From an uncultured Candidatus Saccharibacteria bacterium (GTDB lineage Bacteria; Patescibacteriota; Doudnabacteria; UBA920): a stretch of DNA of 64,000 bases. Below are positions 19,624 through 30,427 of the stretch, in pieces (the first letter of the stretch is position 1; each line of letters opens with the position of its first letter). The stretch covers positions 75,440 to 139,439 of the forward strand of contig CAZLNP010000002.1 of assembly GCA_964561085.1 (NCBI GenBank). Direction: 5' to 3'. The notes under the pieces are model-generated. The model was not told the origin of the DNA, did not search any database, and worked only from the letters and a program-made list of their open reading frames with translations. Position numbers and translations under genes: made by a program.

Positions 19624-20031
19624 ATGGAAAACGAAATCTTTCAACCAAATTTTTTTGATGAAGAACTCCCGGCAGAAAAACCGGCAGAAAAACCAGAAGC
19701 GGAGAGCTTTGAGGGAGTGATTATTAACAAAGATAGATTAGAAGAAGCAGTTCAGAATTGTCTTGATGGCAAGATAGTTAACGAAATTAGAGGTTTGTAT
19801 GCCAAAGCTACAAAGGAACAACCTTCTGGGTATGAATTTTTTGTTTTGAAAAAAATCAGTGCTGAGGCAGCTAAGTTCTATAAGACAGACATAGTACCAG
19901 AGCCCTTGCCAGAAGATGTACAAGAAACTTGCCAAAAAATTATTGCCCCAGAGAAGTTCCAAGAAGTTTCAAATCAGGATGATGAAGACGATCGCCGTCC
20001 TTGGGTTCCAGGCAAGGGCTATGTAAATTAA
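19624..20031 (+). CDS. Hypothetical protein
   Basis: ORF with a -10-like CATAAT just before the ATG; short PAEK repeat. Confidence 0.65.
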   Translation: MENEIFQPNFFDEELPAEKPAEKPEAESFEGVIINKDRLEEAVQNCLDGKIVNEIRGLYAKATKEQPSGYEFFVLKKISAEAAKFYKTDIVPEPLPEDVQETCQKIIAPEKFQEVSNQDDEDDRRPWVPGKGYVN

Positions 20032-20060
20032 AACACGCCTTTCGTGCTAAAATAAGTTAT

Positions 20061-21155
20061 ATGCACATAGGAATAGAAGCCCAAAGAGCCAATAACCGGG
20101 TAAAGACCGGTGTTGAGCACTATGTAAAAGAACTCATTTTACAATTGGCTAAAATTGATAGTACTAACGAGTACACCCTTTATTTACAAACCCAGCCAGA
20201 AGACTGGTTTTTAAATCTACCTAAAAATTTCAAATTAAAAGTTATTCCATTTCCAAAGTTCTGGACTCAGATTAGGTTAAGCTGGGAGATGTTCATTTCG
20301 CCACCAGATGTACTATTTGTTCCAGCATCAACTTTGCCTTTAATCCATCCTAAAAGCGTTTACACCGAACATGATGTCGCTTGGATTTATTACCCAGAAG
20401 TTTTTACTTGGTACATGTTGCAGTTTCATCGGATTTTTTCATGGCTTGCCAGACGTGGTGCAACAAAAATTATTTCAATATCAGAATCTACAAAGAAGGA
20501 CTTAATAAATCATTATCAAGTTGATCCAGAAAAGATCGCTGTTGTTCCTCATGGGTACACAGAGAATACCAATGCTGCAAATGAGCTATCCGAGGAAGTG
20601 AAAGCGAAGTTGCCTGATAGATACATTTTATTTTTATCTACTTTGCAGCCTCGTAAGAACCTTGAACTATTAATAGATGCGTTTAAGGAGTTGAAGGCTG
20701 AGCATCCTGAATTGCCTCACAAACTAGTTGTGGTGGGGAAGCCGGGCTGGAAATTTCAGGAAATCTTAAGGAAAGTAGATGATAATAAAGATATAGTCGC
20801 TTACTTAGGCCATATTTCAGATAGCGACCGTTGGCCTGTGTTCAAGAAAGCAGATTTGTTCGTGTGCCCAAGCTTGTATGAAGGTTTTGGAATGCCTTTG
20901 CTTGAAGCGTTTGAGTGCAATGTTCCAGTAGCTACCTCAAATAGTTCTAGTCTGCCAGAAGTCGGGGGCGATGCCGTAGTATACTTTGACCCAACGAGTA
21001 AAGAAGAGATGAAGCAAGCAATCTTAAAAGTTCTCAATAGCGCTGAATTGCGTGCTGAATTAGTTGCAAAGGGAAGAGGGCAGTTAGCAAAATTCAGCTG
21101 GGAAAAATGTGCTAGAGAAACCTTGGCCGTATTAGAAGAAGCTGCTAAAAAATAG
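20061..21155 (+). CDS. GT4 (GT-B) glycosyltransferase
   Basis: TGVEHY, QPRKNL, PSLYEGFGMPLLEA, FSWEKCA. Start at ATG 20061. Confidence 0.93.
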   Translation: MHIGIEAQRANNRVKTGVEHYVKELILQLAKIDSTNEYTLYLQTQPEDWFLNLPKNFKLKVIPFPKFWTQIRLSWEMFISPPDVLFVPASTLPLIHPKSVYTEHDVAWIYYPEVFTWYMLQFHRIFSWLARRGATKIISISESTKKDLINHYQVDPEKIAVVPHGYTENTNAANELSEEVKAKLPDRYILFLSTLQPRKNLELLIDAFKELKAEHPELPHKLVVVGKPGWKFQEILRKVDDNKDIVAYLGHISDSDRWPVFKKADLFVCPSLYEGFGMPLLEAFECNVPVATSNSSSLPEVGGDAVVYFDPTSKEEMKQAILKVLNSAELRAELVAKGRGQLAKFSWEKCARETLAVLEEAAKK

Positions 21156-21162
21156 AATAAAT

Positions 21163-22830
21163 ATGAATTTTAAAACTACAACTCAAAAAATTATCGCTGC
21201 GCTAGTTTTGTGGCAGTTGATTAGTGTTGGTCTAATGGCCGTCGGTACTTGGCCGAACGAAGTGGCTATTGTAAACGCTTTACTTTTGGCCGGCTTCATA
21301 CTATTTGCAACACCATTTAATAGTGTGTTGTTGATGATTGTTTCAATTCCATTTTTTGTTGTATTACCGAATCCGCTTTTGGCTAATTTGCCAATGTGGC
21401 GTCCACTTTTTGCTTTTTTGTTCATTGTTTGGTTGATGAGACTGCTGGTGAGTCAGCGCGCGTGGTTATTAAAGTTTTTTGCTATTAAGCGTTGGAACTC
21501 AGATGGACCAATGTCTGGTGCCAAGTTTCGCGAAATTGTATCGCACGCATTTAGTAGAATTAACTCGCGGCTACGAGCCTGGGATAAAGTCGCAATATTA
21601 TTTTTGGCACTCGCGTTTTGCTCTTTGTTAATTGCTAGGTTCCCAATTCATGGTTTAAAGCAGATTTTGTTTTTGGTGAACGTCTATTTGTTCTACATAG
21701 TTATAGTTAATGTTGTCACCGATGAGTCTAAGTTGAAACAACTTATTCGTTATACGCGCTACTCATTAATAATCATGGTTGCGTTGGGCTTTGTTCAGTA
21801 CCTCTCTACATTGTTTGCAATGCCATACTATTTCTGGCAGTACTGGGCGACAATGGTTTCTAGTTTGTACTATGGCATACCATTAGGGAACGTTTTGGCG
21901 TATTCGAACTCTTGGTTCTCAGCTTCGGGCGGTAATCAGGCTCTTCGTATGTTTGGAATTTTGCCGGACACGCATGCTTTTGGCGTTGTTTGTATTTTCT
22001 TGCTTGCGTATTTAGTTCCATTTTTGAATCGTGCAAAAGCTGTAATTGCTAATCAAAGATATTGGTTGGCTGGTATTTTCTTGGCAGGATTCGGCGTAAT
22101 GGCTAGTGGTACTCGTGGCGTGTGGGCGAGTATGCTTGCTCCAATTGGTTTGGCAGTACTTTTCTATTTCCGCGGACCCATTAAACCCTTCTTTAAAAAA
22201 ATGCTAATTGTTTACGCGATGATCATTGCTTTGTTCATCGTATCACCTTTAGTTTCAAAAGGTTTAAACTTTGTTCGCACCTTCGATGTGAATGACAATT
22301 TCTTAGATCGCGCTGGAAGTATTTATGATCTATCTGAAAGTTCTAACGCTGGTAGATTAGAAATTTGGAAGAATAGCGCCATGTTTGCAGCCTCACATCC
22401 TTTTGGGGTAGGGTATGGAAATTTCATTACTTCGATTGTTTCGTCGATTCCTGAAAACGCGACTTACGAACAACTTTCAGCGATGAAGAATTTGCGTTAT
22501 AACTTGCCAGAAGGTTTTATTACAGCGCATAGTTTGTATTTGCAACTATTAGTAGAGCTTGGCTTCGCTGGCTTGCTCGCATTTGCTTTATATTGGTGGG
22601 AGTATTTTGAAAAGCTCTGGAAATTTATTAAAAAGCATGGTGCTGAGATGACTTTGTATTCTAGTCTGGTAGTTAGCTTGGGATTGGCTTTCGTGTGGAT
22701 TTTGGCGTACGGAGTCTTCGATCTTACAATCTTAAACGATAGAGTTCTGCAATATGTGTTCGTATCTTTAGCTATTAGCGGACTGATATTTGCAAAATAT
22801 GAAAGTTTTTCAGAAGTCGATAGCGAATAA
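21163..22830 (+). CDS. O-antigen ligase/Wzy_C-like membrane protein
   Basis: Multiple TMs, SGTRG, R..IW, PFGVGYGNF, AHSLYLQLLVELG. Confidence 0.85.
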   Translation: MNFKTTTQKIIAALVLWQLISVGLMAVGTWPNEVAIVNALLLAGFILFATPFNSVLLMIVSIPFFVVLPNPLLANLPMWRPLFAFLFIVWLMRLLVSQRAWLLKFFAIKRWNSDGPMSGAKFREIVSHAFSRINSRLRAWDKVAILFLALAFCSLLIARFPIHGLKQILFLVNVYLFYIVIVNVVTDESKLKQLIRYTRYSLIIMVALGFVQYLSTLFAMPYYFWQYWATMVSSLYYGIPLGNVLAYSNSWFSASGGNQALRMFGILPDTHAFGVVCIFLLAYLVPFLNRAKAVIANQRYWLAGIFLAGFGVMASGTRGVWASMLAPIGLAVLFYFRGPIKPFFKKMLIVYAMIIALFIVSPLVSKGLNFVRTFDVNDNFLDRAGSIYDLSESSNAGRLEIWKNSAMFAASHPFGVGYGNFITSIVSSIPENATYEQLSAMKNLRYNLPEGFITAHSLYLQLLVELGFAGLLAFALYWWEYFEKLWKFIKKHGAEMTLYSSLVVSLGLAFVWILAYGVFDLTILNDRVLQYVFVSLAISGLIFAKYESFSEVDSE

Positions 22831-22886
22831 GAGTTAGCTCAGTGAATGGTGGTATAATAATCAAGTGTTAATTTATAAAAATATTT

Positions 22887-24182
22887 ATGGATAATTTTGA
22901 ATCAATTTCTAATCAACCTCAAGTAAGTAGCGACCCTGGTCAAAGACCTCCGTGTTTGCCAAAATACCCACTAAAAAAATGGATTCTCGGCGCGTTAATT
23001 GCCTTTGTTGTTATTGGCGGTGCTTTTCGTGTTGGATACATTTCAGGTTCACGCGGTTACTCAATAGATGGTAAAACTTTTTCAGTTGTTAATAAAGGTA
23101 GTACTCCAACAGAAGTAGACTATGGTTTGCTTTGGGAGGCAATTAAAATTGTTCAGAATAAGTACATTGATTCTGGAAATATCGATCCACAGAAAATTCT
23201 TTATGGCGCTATCGCTGGAGCCATTTCAGCATCTGGTGATGAATACACTCAATTCTTTGACCCAACAGCCTATGCTGATTTTAGAACTGAGTTACAAGGA
23301 AGCTTCTCAGGAATTGGTGCAGAAATTGGTGAAGGTGAAGGTGGAATTGTTATTGTTGCACCTTTGGAAGAGAGCCCAGCAGAGAAGGCTGGCCTAAGAG
23401 CTAAAGATTATATTTTGAAGATCAACGGGGAAGACACATCAGAAATGACTTCTGAACAAGCCGCTAACAAGATCCGTGGAGAAGAAGGTTCTCAAGTTAC
23501 TTTAAATATTTTCCGTGAAGGCGGCACAGAGAGTTTTGATGTCACCATAACTCGCCAGAAGATTGAAATTAAGAGCGTAAAGCTTTCATATCAAGAAGTT
23601 AGTGGAAAACGGATTGCGGTAATTAAACTTTCTCGTTTCGGGGATGATACTGAAAGTTTGTTCAATGCTGCTGTAGCAGATATCCAAAAAAATAATCCTG
23701 CTGGAATTGTATTAGATTTGCGAAACGATCCAGGTGGATACCTAGAAACTTCCGTAGCCGTTGCATCTGAGTGGTTAGAAAAAGGTAAGTTAATAGTTAA
23801 AGAAGATCATAGTGAAAAAGATGAAATTATCTATAACTCTGACGGTAGAAATGGACTTGGTAAATTTAAGACTGTTGTATTAATTAATGGCGGTTCTGCT
23901 AGTGCCGCAGAAATATTAGCAGGCGCTTTGAAAGACAATGGGATTGCTCAGTTGATTGGAGAGAAGAGTTTCGGTAAGGGTAGTGTTCAAGAGCTAGTAC
24001 CATTTGGTCCAAATAATGAAATGGCTGTAAAAGTTACTATTGCTAAGTGGATTACTCCTGGCGGTAAGAACTTAAATAATGGCGGCCTTGAACCAGATAT
24101 TAAAGTTGAGCTAACTGAAGATGATGCCAAAAATGATCGCGATCCGCAGTTACAAAAAGCATTAGAAGAAGTGGCTAAATAG
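22887..24182 (+). CDS. ctpA: S41 C-terminal processing protease
   Basis: PDZ GIGA, LDLRNDPGG, SASAAEI, GEKSFGKGSVQ. Confidence 0.93.
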   Translation: MDNFESISNQPQVSSDPGQRPPCLPKYPLKKWILGALIAFVVIGGAFRVGYISGSRGYSIDGKTFSVVNKGSTPTEVDYGLLWEAIKIVQNKYIDSGNIDPQKILYGAIAGAISASGDEYTQFFDPTAYADFRTELQGSFSGIGAEIGEGEGGIVIVAPLEESPAEKAGLRAKDYILKINGEDTSEMTSEQAANKIRGEEGSQVTLNIFREGGTESFDVTITRQKIEIKSVKLSYQEVSGKRIAVIKLSRFGDDTESLFNAAVADIQKNNPAGIVLDLRNDPGGYLETSVAVASEWLEKGKLIVKEDHSEKDEIIYNSDGRNGLGKFKTVVLINGGSASAAEILAGALKDNGIAQLIGEKSFGKGSVQELVPFGPNNEMAVKVTIAKWITPGGKNLNNGGLEPDIKVELTEDDAKNDRDPQLQKALEEVAK

Positions 24183-24220
24183 TTAAATACTGAACAGCTA
24201 AGACAAAGTAAAAAGTTTTA

Positions 24221-24251
24221 AAGCCCTGGGACTTGATCTTAGGGCTTTTTT
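24221..24251 (+). terminator. Intrinsic terminator overlapping the next promoter
   Basis: AAGCCCTGGGA-CTTGA-TCTTAGGGCTT plus T tail; overlaps TTGATC(24233)-17-TACAAT(24256). Confidence 0.65.
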
Positions 24252-24300
24252 GTGATACAATTTTTTGTTCTTATACGAACTATGTAAGGAGGTAAGTACG

Positions 24301-24516
24301 ATGAGCACTTATCTTTTATTCTATGATCATTACGAAGAAGACAATAAAGGAGGCGAACAATCTGTGTATACTGATGACGAGCAAGATCCAGATGCGTGGG
24401 TAGAAGATCCTAAAAATCCGAGTAGGGATATTCGGGATAGGCACAAGCAAGAGTTTGAACCAGGGTCCCATCCTTCGGAAGCGGGCGAGTGCAAAGATGA
24501 AGTTCTAGAAGAATAA
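24301..24516 (+). CDS. Small acidic hypothetical protein (71 aa)
   Basis: TAAGGAGG SD at 24285-24292; own promoter and terminator. Confidence 0.6.
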   Translation: MSTYLLFYDHYEEDNKGGEQSVYTDDEQDPDAWVEDPKNPSRDIRDRHKQEFEPGSHPSEAGECKDEVLEE

Positions 24517-24542
24517 GCCGCCTGCTTGGTGGCTAGAGACAG

Positions 24543-24583
24543 GCGCGATTAGAATGAATACCCTTCATTCTGCTCGCGCTTTT
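24543..24583 (+). terminator. Intrinsic terminator
   Basis: GCGCGA..AGAATGAA / TTCATTCT..TCGCGC followed by TTTT. Confidence 0.6.
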
Positions 24584-24636
24584 ATTATTCTATAACCTTT
24601 GCTTAATCTAAAGATTTTCGCTAAAATTAGTTATAT

Positions 24637-26418
24637 ATGACAAAAATTACTGCACAAGACTTACGTAACAAATGGCTAGAATTTTTCAAAGAGAAAGGCC
24701 ATACAATTATTCCTTCAAGTTCACTAGTCCCGGAAAATGATCCTTCCGTGCTTTTCACAATGGCAGGCATGTTTCCACTAGTACCATATTTGATGGGGCA
24801 AGAACATCCAGGTGGCACTCGCGTTGCTAATGTACAAAAATGTATTCGTACTATCGACATTGATGAAGTCGGTGACAACACTCATCTGACATTTTTTGAA
24901 ATGCTTGGTAACTGGAGTTTTGGAGACTATTTCAAAGAAGATGCAATCAAGTGGAGCTATGAATTTTTAACAGATGAAAAATGGTTAGGGATTCCTTTGG
25001 ACCGTTTAGCTTTTTCAGTTTTTGCTGGTGATGAAGACGCGCCATTCGACGAAGAAAGCTACAATCATTGGAAAGCTCTTGGGGTTCCAGAAGCGCGCAT
25101 TGCAAAACTTCCAAAAGAAGATAACTGGTGGATTGCTGGAACAACTGGTCCATGCGGGCCTGACACCGAAATGTTCTACTGGATTGACGATGGCACGCCA
25201 GCTCCTGAAAATTTCCAAGAAACTGCTAGCGATCCTCGTTGGGTAGAAATTTGGAATGATGTTTTCATGCAGTTTGAGAAAAAAGCTGACGGATCACTTA
25301 CTCCTCTTGAAAAACAAAATGTAGACACAGGTATGGGTCTTGATCGCGTTGTGGCTGTATTAAATGGTCACCGCTCTGTTTATGATACAGAATTTTTCAC
25401 TGGCATGTTCGACGTCATCGGTAAGTCTCAAGAAATCCTAAGTGGTGATGAACTTCGCCAAGCAAGAATTATTGTAGACCATATTCGCGCTAGCGTTTTT
25501 ATTGCAGGTGATGGTGTAGAGCCTTCAAACAAAGAAAGAGGTTACATTTTACGTAGATTACTTCGTCGTTCAATGGTTTACGCCCGCACTTTAAATTTGC
25601 AGGGTGAATGGTTAAAAGGTTTGGTAGGCAAAGTGATGGCTGAATATTCCGACGCATATCCAGAACTCATAACTAACTCCGCAAAGATTTTTGAATTGTT
25701 AGAAACTGAAGAAAAGAAATTTGGTAATACTGTTGAAAAAGGTCTTCGTGAATTCGAAAAAATCTTCCAAAAGCAAGGTCAACTTTCTGGCACTGATGCG
25801 TTTAATTTGTATCAGAGTTTTGGTTTCCCGTTGGAGCTGACAGAAGAGTTGGCGACTGCGGCTGGCCAAGAGGTCAATCGTAAAGAATTTGAAGAAGGTT
25901 TCCGCGCTCATCAAGATTTGTCACGAACTGCTTCCGCAGGAACTTTTAAAGGTGGATTGGCTGATCATAGTGAAATAGTTGTTCGCTACCACACTGCTAC
26001 TCACTTACTACAAAAAGCGTTACGTGATGTACTCGGACCAGATGTATGGCAAAAAGGAAGCAACATCACTTCAGAACGAACTCGTTTTGACTTTACGTAT
26101 CCACAAAAGATGACTGATGAGCAAAAGAAGCAAGTTGAGGACTTGGTAAACAAATGGATTGCTTTGGATGCAGAAATGAAACAAGAAATGATGCCTCTTG
26201 AAAAAGCTCAAGAACTTGGCGCGATTGGTTTATTCGGTGAAAAGTATGCTGATGTCGTTTCTATATATACCGCAACTGACAAAGATGGCAATGTAATTTC
26301 TCGAGAATTCTGTGGTGGTCCACACGTGGAACACACAGGTCTTGTAGGAAAATTCCGCATCGCTAAAGAAGAAGCTGTATCTGCTGGCGTTCGCAGAATT
26401 AAAGCTGTGATTGAGTAA
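24637..26418 (+). CDS. alaS: Alanine--tRNA ligase (compact, lacks C-Ala domain)
   Basis: LFTMAGM, HLTFFEMLGNWSFGDYFK, EIWNDVF, HTATHLL, EFCGGPH, SAGVRRI. Confidence 0.97.
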   Translation: MTKITAQDLRNKWLEFFKEKGHTIIPSSSLVPENDPSVLFTMAGMFPLVPYLMGQEHPGGTRVANVQKCIRTIDIDEVGDNTHLTFFEMLGNWSFGDYFKEDAIKWSYEFLTDEKWLGIPLDRLAFSVFAGDEDAPFDEESYNHWKALGVPEARIAKLPKEDNWWIAGTTGPCGPDTEMFYWIDDGTPAPENFQETASDPRWVEIWNDVFMQFEKKADGSLTPLEKQNVDTGMGLDRVVAVLNGHRSVYDTEFFTGMFDVIGKSQEILSGDELRQARIIVDHIRASVFIAGDGVEPSNKERGYILRRLLRRSMVYARTLNLQGEWLKGLVGKVMAEYSDAYPELITNSAKIFELLETEEKKFGNTVEKGLREFEKIFQKQGQLSGTDAFNLYQSFGFPLELTEELATAAGQEVNRKEFEEGFRAHQDLSRTASAGTFKGGLADHSEIVVRYHTATHLLQKALRDVLGPDVWQKGSNITSERTRFDFTYPQKMTDEQKKQVEDLVNKWIALDAEMKQEMMPLEKAQELGAIGLFGEKYADVVSIYTATDKDGNVISREFCGGPHVEHTGLVGKFRIAKEEAVSAGVRRIKAVIE

Positions 26419-26426
26419 ATAATTTT

Positions 26427-26861
26427 ATGAATAAACCCGTTGTCCATATTGGCGCTACAACAATCCTTACTTCTGAAGGAAAAATTTTGCTTGGAAAAAG
26501 ATTGAATAAAGCAGGTGCGGGACAATGGGGATTCCCAGGTGGACATGTCGAGTTTGGAGAATCAATTATTGAGGCCGCTAAGCGAGAGATATTAGAAGAA
26601 ACTAGCTTGGTAGCTAATGAACTAAAATTTATTGGAGCGATAAACCAACCGTCTCAAGTTAACTCATCTGGCGAGAAAAAGCACTATCTGCAAATGGTTT
26701 TTACTTCGGATGATTTTGATGGAGAGCTCCAAAATCTTGAACCAGAAGAATGTGAAGAATGGAGATGGTTCGAGATGGACAGCCTACCAGAAAATATTTT
26801 CTTTGCCCATGTTGATTTCCTTACCTTGCTTAAGAGTCCTGGACAACTATTAGAAAAATAG
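26427..26861 (+). CDS. NUDIX hydrolase
   Basis: PGGHVEFGES..EAAKREILEETSL Nudix box. Confidence 0.92.
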   Translation: MNKPVVHIGATTILTSEGKILLGKRLNKAGAGQWGFPGGHVEFGESIIEAAKREILEETSLVANELKFIGAINQPSQVNSSGEKKHYLQMVFTSDDFDGELQNLEPEECEEWRWFEMDSLPENIFFAHVDFLTLLKSPGQLLEK

Positions 26862-26885
26862 AAACCCAAAATTTAAAAACAAAAA

Positions 26886-28052
26886 ATGAAAATAGAATTT
26901 TACAATTGTCCTGAACCCAAAGAACTTGATGTTTCTAAATTACCAGAAGCACCTGCTTTTTTGTCTGCAGAAATAAATTTTGATGAGATCGAGAAATTAG
27001 CCAACGAATATACTCACTATAAAAATATTCTTATTATAGGGCATGGCGGAAGCATCTCTAGTTTTTACGGAATTTATCATGGCCTTCGAGAAAAGTCTAC
27101 AAAACAAGCATACGTGCTGAGCACAGTAGACCCCGACTATATTTTGGAACTAAAGAAATTCTTAACCCCTGAAGAAACTCTAGTAATTGCAATTAGTAAG
27201 TCTGGCGAAACAGTTACGCAAATAGAAGCTCTGCTCCAATTCGCAGATTATCCTTTATTATTTATTACCGGCTTAGTCGGTCCGTTAGCAGAACTTGCGG
27301 AAAAACTTAAGTCGAAAACTGTTCTGCATAAACCAATTGGCGGGCGCTACACAGGTTTAACAGAAGTTGCATTAGTGCCTGCGGCAATTTGTGGATTCGA
27401 TATTCGCGCTATGCACGCAGCGGGCCAAAAAGTTTATCAAAATTTTACAGCTAGTAATGATGCCTTCCGCGCTGCAAGTATTGCTTGCCAATTAGAAGAG
27501 CAGGGGATTGTAGATGTCTTCATGCCAATTTATGACTCCCACTTATTCGGGATGAGTAGTTTAATAGTGCAGTTGTGTCATGAGAGTTTTGGAAAAGATG
27601 GTAAAGGTCAGACTTACTTTGCGCATCATGCTCCTGAATCGCAACATCATACAAATCAACGTTTCTTAGGTGGTAGAAAGAATATTGCTGGATGGTTCAT
27701 TTCTAGTGAAAAAACTTTGGATGACGCCATTACGAATGTACCAGAATCTGCAAAAAATATTTCTTTAAAAGATCACACCTTCGATGCTCTCAACGGGATC
27801 CCGCTTTCATATGCTTTGCAAGCAGAACGTGATGCAACTATAGAAGATGCACGCCTGCAAAATATTCCGGTTATAAATCAAATTATAACTAAGCGCGATG
27901 AAGTTGAAATAGCCAGCTTGATTGCTTTTTGGCAACTGTACGCAGTCTATTCATCAGTTTTGCGCGGTGTAAATCCATTTGATCAGCCTCAAGTAGAGAA
28001 CAGCAAGAAAATTTCATTCACCAAGCGCTTGCAGCAAAAAGGATTGCTATAG
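26886..28052 (+). CDS. pgi: Glucose-6-phosphate isomerase-like SIS protein
   Basis: IGHGGS, ISKSGET, IGGRY, ESFGK, NPFDQPQVE..K. Confidence 0.82.
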   Translation: MKIEFYNCPEPKELDVSKLPEAPAFLSAEINFDEIEKLANEYTHYKNILIIGHGGSISSFYGIYHGLREKSTKQAYVLSTVDPDYILELKKFLTPEETLVIAISKSGETVTQIEALLQFADYPLLFITGLVGPLAELAEKLKSKTVLHKPIGGRYTGLTEVALVPAAICGFDIRAMHAAGQKVYQNFTASNDAFRAASIACQLEEQGIVDVFMPIYDSHLFGMSSLIVQLCHESFGKDGKGQTYFAHHAPESQHHTNQRFLGGRKNIAGWFISSEKTLDDAITNVPESAKNISLKDHTFDALNGIPLSYALQAERDATIEDARLQNIPVINQIITKRDEVEIASLIAFWQLYAVYSSVLRGVNPFDQPQVENSKKISFTKRLQQKGLL

Positions 28053-28172
28053 TTTCGCTAAAAGCCTCTAGTTGCGCCATCTTCAGAAAATCTTTAGAAT
28101 AAATATAGAAATAGCTTAAAAATCCTTGAAATAAAGGATTTTTTGAGTATTGGAAACCCAAGAAACCTAGAT

Positions 28173-29933
28173 ATGGCAAAAACTATTTATCTAAATTTGG
28201 AAGATGATGTAGCTAAGGTTATAGCTAAGCTTAAGCGTGAATCAGGTACGGACGTGGTTTTAGTGTTTCCAAAAAAGAGCTTCATTTTTTCTGATAGCAT
28301 CAATCTGCGACTTCTAAAGAAGCAGGTAGATATGATTAATAAGAAAGCCTTCATCCTCACTATGGATGAACGCGGCCAAAATTATGCACAAGAAGCTGGT
28401 TTTGAATTAAAGCGTATGCCGGCTAAAACTCGCTCTAATTCTTTTTCAGATATTCGTCCACGCACCACGCGCGTGCCTCGAACAGTGGCTGACGCTTCCG
28501 CCGCCGCTGCAACTGCAGCCGCTGCTACTTCGGCGTTAAAATCTAAAAAATCTTTAACCCCCGCTGAGTCTATATCGTCAGCACCAACACGTGTTCGAAA
28601 AATTGCGCGCCCAATTTCTAGTCAGCGAGTTGCACCAGTCGAACCTGACCCGATCCCACGCCGCGCTACTCGTACCAACCCTCCTGTTAGCGCATCCGCT
28701 AAGGCGCATAGCGAAACTCGATTCGTGGCGCCAGTTCGCGCTAGCGACAATGTATACATCCCAGCCGATTCTAAAGTCACTCAACCAAAACGACGTAAGT
28801 CGTATCGAGCTTATGTTGTTGGGTTCATCGCGTTAGCATTAATAATTGCGTTATTGCTACTTTTAGTAGTACTCCCAAGCGCAAACGTAGTTGTGTACGC
28901 TAAATCTCAAACAGTTGCTCGAGACATTGATGTTATGGCCGATGTTCAAACTAAAGTTGCCGATAGCTCTAAGTTAGCAATTCCTGCAGTAGCAGTTGAT
29001 GAAAATCAAACCATAGTAGATACATTTCAAACAAACGGGAAAAAAGAGTTAGGTAGTAAAGCAGAGGGGCGCGTGGCTTTGTATAATTTAACTGGTAGCC
29101 CAATGGCGTTGAAAGCGGGAACTACCACACTAACTGTTGGCAGTAAAACTTACACTTTTAAAGAAGATCAACCTAATGTAAAAGCATTAACTAATGCATC
29201 AAACGATGCTAATGCAACTGTTGCAGACATAGTTGCAACCGATGGAGGGGAGTCATTTAATGTCCCTGCCGGTACTCGTGTGGAAATTACTAACCAAGCA
29301 TTCGGTAGTCAACCACAAAGGCTATATGCTAAAACTGTCACGCAAGTTATTGGTGGAAACTCACGCTTTGTATCTGCCATCTCTAAAGAAGATTTAGATG
29401 GAGCGCAAAAAGAACTAACTAAGAAAGTTGTTGATGGCATCAATGCTAACTTAGCTGGCAGCAATGTAAAACTAGTTGAAGGCGCATACAATGTGAGCGT
29501 AACTTCTTTTACACCAGATAAAGCAGAAGGTACAGAAGCACAAAGTTTCTCCGCTGAATTAAGAGTCGTAGTAACTGGTTTGGCCTTCGATGAAAATGGT
29601 TTAAAAAATATGATCCGCCAAAGATTGTTAATGTCTTTGGGAGCAGGGAAAAATCTCCAAGAGCTGGAAAAGGATACTGTCATTTACAAAATTAAGAATC
29701 TAGATGCTCAGAATGGCATTATGCAATTAGCTTTACATTACGAGTCTAACGCTAAGCCTAATATCCAGCCGAGTGATTTAAAGAATAAGCTAACTGGTAA
29801 GAGCAAGCAGGAAGCATCAGATTTAATTCTTTCAGATACAGATATTGATAGAGTAGAGATTTCAGTTCAGCCAGCGTGGCAATCTAGTTTACCCAGGTTT
29901 GGCAGTAAGATTAACTTGGAAATTCGCGAATAG
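28173..29933 (+). CDS. Membrane protein with baseplate-J-like extracytoplasmic domain (CPR-type)
   Basis: IYL..EDD N-terminus, low-complexity linker, single TM, KA.G.V..YN, A..GGE.FNV, GG.SR motifs. Confidence 0.65.
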   Translation: MAKTIYLNLEDDVAKVIAKLKRESGTDVVLVFPKKSFIFSDSINLRLLKKQVDMINKKAFILTMDERGQNYAQEAGFELKRMPAKTRSNSFSDIRPRTTRVPRTVADASAAAATAAAATSALKSKKSLTPAESISSAPTRVRKIARPISSQRVAPVEPDPIPRRATRTNPPVSASAKAHSETRFVAPVRASDNVYIPADSKVTQPKRRKSYRAYVVGFIALALIIALLLLLVVLPSANVVVYAKSQTVARDIDVMADVQTKVADSSKLAIPAVAVDENQTIVDTFQTNGKKELGSKAEGRVALYNLTGSPMALKAGTTTLTVGSKTYTFKEDQPNVKALTNASNDANATVADIVATDGGESFNVPAGTRVEITNQAFGSQPQRLYAKTVTQVIGGNSRFVSAISKEDLDGAQKELTKKVVDGINANLAGSNVKLVEGAYNVSVTSFTPDKAEGTEAQSFSAELRVVVTGLAFDENGLKNMIRQRLLMSLGAGKNLQELEKDTVIYKIKNLDAQNGIMQLALHYESNAKPNIQPSDLKNKLTGKSKQEASDLILSDTDIDRVEISVQPAWQSSLPRFGSKINLEIRE

Positions 29934-29945
29934 AAGAACTAAATG

Positions 29946-29979
29946 AAAAGACCTGTCCATAAAGTTGGGCAGGTCTTTT
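29946..29979. terminator. Bidirectional terminator
   Basis: AAAAGACCTGTCCA...TGGGCAGGTCTTTT. Confidence 0.75.
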
Positions 29980-30003
29980 GCGAAACTATTAATAACTCTT
30001 CAT

Positions 30004-30294
30004 CTAACGATTCTTCAGCCACTTGAATTTTTGCTCTGATGTTAACATCCAGCTAATCTTCTTTGGGGGATTGGTCCAAATGATCCGGTATCCGTCACTT
30101 ACCTCAAAAGTGAAAGTAAGTGGTTGCTTAGTCTGATCAAAGCTTTTCTGAGCAGTTATAGCAGTAGGAGTTCTGCTAGGTGTTATCTTGGACTTGTTAG
30201 GAACGTTCTTTATCGAAAGATAGGCTGTGAGTCCTATCGCTATCATTCCTAAACACAGAGCTGTCTGAAAGAATTGAGTAAAAGTAAATTTCAT
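30004..30294 (-). CDS. Small hypothetical protein with N-terminal TM
   Basis: GAGGAGG SD; promoter TTGACT(30391)-17-CATAAT(30368). Confidence 0.6.
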   Translation of the reverse strand: MKFTFTQFFQTALCLGMIAIGLTAYLSIKNVPNKSKITPSRTPTAITAQKSFDQTKQPLTFTFEVSDGYRIIWTNPPKKISWMLTSEQKFKWLKNR

Positions 30295-30427
30295 GGTTCC
30301 CTCCTCAAGGATTTACACAAGTGGTGCGTACGGGTAAATGTTGCGCGTAGGTTTACGAAAATATTATGGAACATAATGACAATTTAGTCAATAATCCCGA
30401 AAGGCCTTAAATTTTAGTCCAAATATG

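Noticed and set aside
28173-29933. Prophage or contractile tail locus from the baseplate-J-like gene
   Set aside because: No other phage structural genes; the protein has a TM segment and sits among housekeeping genes.
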